From Oikopleura dioica (taxonomy: Eukaryota; Animalia; Chordata): 64,000 nt of DNA. Under the pieces are notes generated by a model, which was not told where the DNA came from, made no database searches, and saw only the letters and a program-made list of their open reading frames with translations. The stretch lies in NCBI GenBank assembly GCA_907165135.1, contig OU015569.1, forward strand, positions 9,610,001 to 9,674,000. Reading direction: 5' to 3'. Made by a program: the position numbers and the translations under genes. Positions 62,921 through 64,000 of this stretch are shown here, in pieces; the stretch's first letter is position 1, and each line of letters opens with the position of its first letter.

Positions 62921-63395
62921 ATGGCGGAACCGGAGTTTATGCAGATGGGCAAGGCATTTGTTGGTTTCTACTATCCCGAATTCTCAAAGGACCGATCGGC
63001 AAATGGTCAACTTGCCTCTGTTTACACTGACCAGGTATTCTTGTCCCAGAAACTCAAAAACAATTCTACGGTTTAGAGCTGTTTGACCTTCGAAGGAGCG
63101 CAATTCCAAGGAAAGGCGCCAATTTTGGAAAAACTTTCATCCCTACCCTTCAAGCAAGTAGTCCATCAAGTGACCACAATTGACGCCCAGCCGATCATTG
63201 GCGTCGACGACAACAAGGTAAGAAAGCAGAGAAAAAATGTTTCCTAGATTTTAGGCTGTCGTCGTGATGGTGACTGGGCAGCTGAAGGCGGATGACGACC
63301 CTCCACACTCGTTTCACCATTCGTTCATGCTTCGGCCGGCCGGGGGTGCATTTGTAATTAGCAATGAGGTCTTCCGCCTGGCGCTCCACAACTAG
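62921..63395 (+). CDS. NUTF2: Nuclear transport factor 2
   Basis: MGKAFVGFYY..SCLTFEGAQFQGK..LEKLSSLPF..TTIDAQP..MVTGQLKADDDPP..SNEVFRLALHN*. Confidence 0.95.
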
Positions 63396-63695
63396 AATCA
63401 AGCACAGCCACGACGAAAGCGCAGGATTATCTTCAATTCACCGCCAACTCACCAGAATTTTTTGATCCCTCTGTATCTCACAATATACTGAGAATTTAGT
63501 TCAAACTTTTGCACCAACAATTTAGCTCGGCGCATTCCTGTAAATTCCCACAGAGACTGCCTTTATAATATATATCGTATTACGCGCTTTCCGCAACAAA
63601 ACGCTTGTTTTCACTGTAAAGACCTACTATTAGCAGCAGGCCAAAATATAAACTCAGATTTTATCAAGTCAAATTATAAGTGGATCTAGTTGAGA

Positions 63696-64000
63696 ATGTC
63701 TGCGTATGATCCAGTGGAAAACCAAGCTGCAGAGCTTGACTTGCTTTATATGACGTACGGAATCTCCACTGCGGCTGTTCTAGGAATCGCTTTCACTGGC
63801 ACTATCGGCACTTTTGGTCTGACAGCGGGAAGAATGAAGTTATTACCTCGTGTTATTCTCTCTCCAACGCTAGGAATCACCTCGGGTACTCATCTTTTCC
63901 TCCTTGATATTATTTGATGCTTGATTTGCAGCAATGGGAATCTCATCGTTTATGTTCGACCGAAGGATAAAGCAAGATATCGCCAGTGGAAAGTTTTTGG
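63696..64000 (+). CDS. Small membrane protein, runs off the window edge
   Basis: MSAYDPVENQ..YGISTAAVLGIAFTG..TLGITS|AMGISSFMF..; open at 64000. Confidence 0.55.

Overview
Compact, intron-rich animal DNA, most likely the appendicularian tunicate Oikopleura dioica or a close relative. This is inferred from 30-80 nt introns, GA/GG/GC-AG introns, operon-like runs with TTT(T/C)AG acceptors before ATGs, an oikosin-type Cys domain and divergent histone variants. About 27 protein-coding genes can be supported. They include a divergent SMAD, DSTYK, a CUB protein, a Boule/DAZ-like RRM protein, a RING-X-RING-X protein and a tandem multi-MH1 protein. Further along are a GH35 beta-galactosidase, a trypsin, class B and class A GPCRs, an oikosin-like protein, a fibrinogen-domain protein and AGMO. 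The rest of the window holds a variant-histone cluster (H3 plus an inverted duplicated H2A/H2B pair with stem-loops) and two divergent operon-like runs containing MRPS17-like, CARHSP1, shugoshin and NUTF2. The best candidates for novelty are: (1) a protein with tandem degenerate SMAD MH1 domains and no MH2, near a SMAD that lacks the SSXS tail; (2) a shugoshin with four RRxT-F-x-[F/L]-acidic repeats; (3) a duplicated RING plus unnamed beta-rich domain protein; and (4) a histone palindrome with identical H2A proteins but H2Bs differing at 18 residues. Gene models were spliced by eye, so boundaries are approximate, and family assignments come from remembered motifs rather than database searches.
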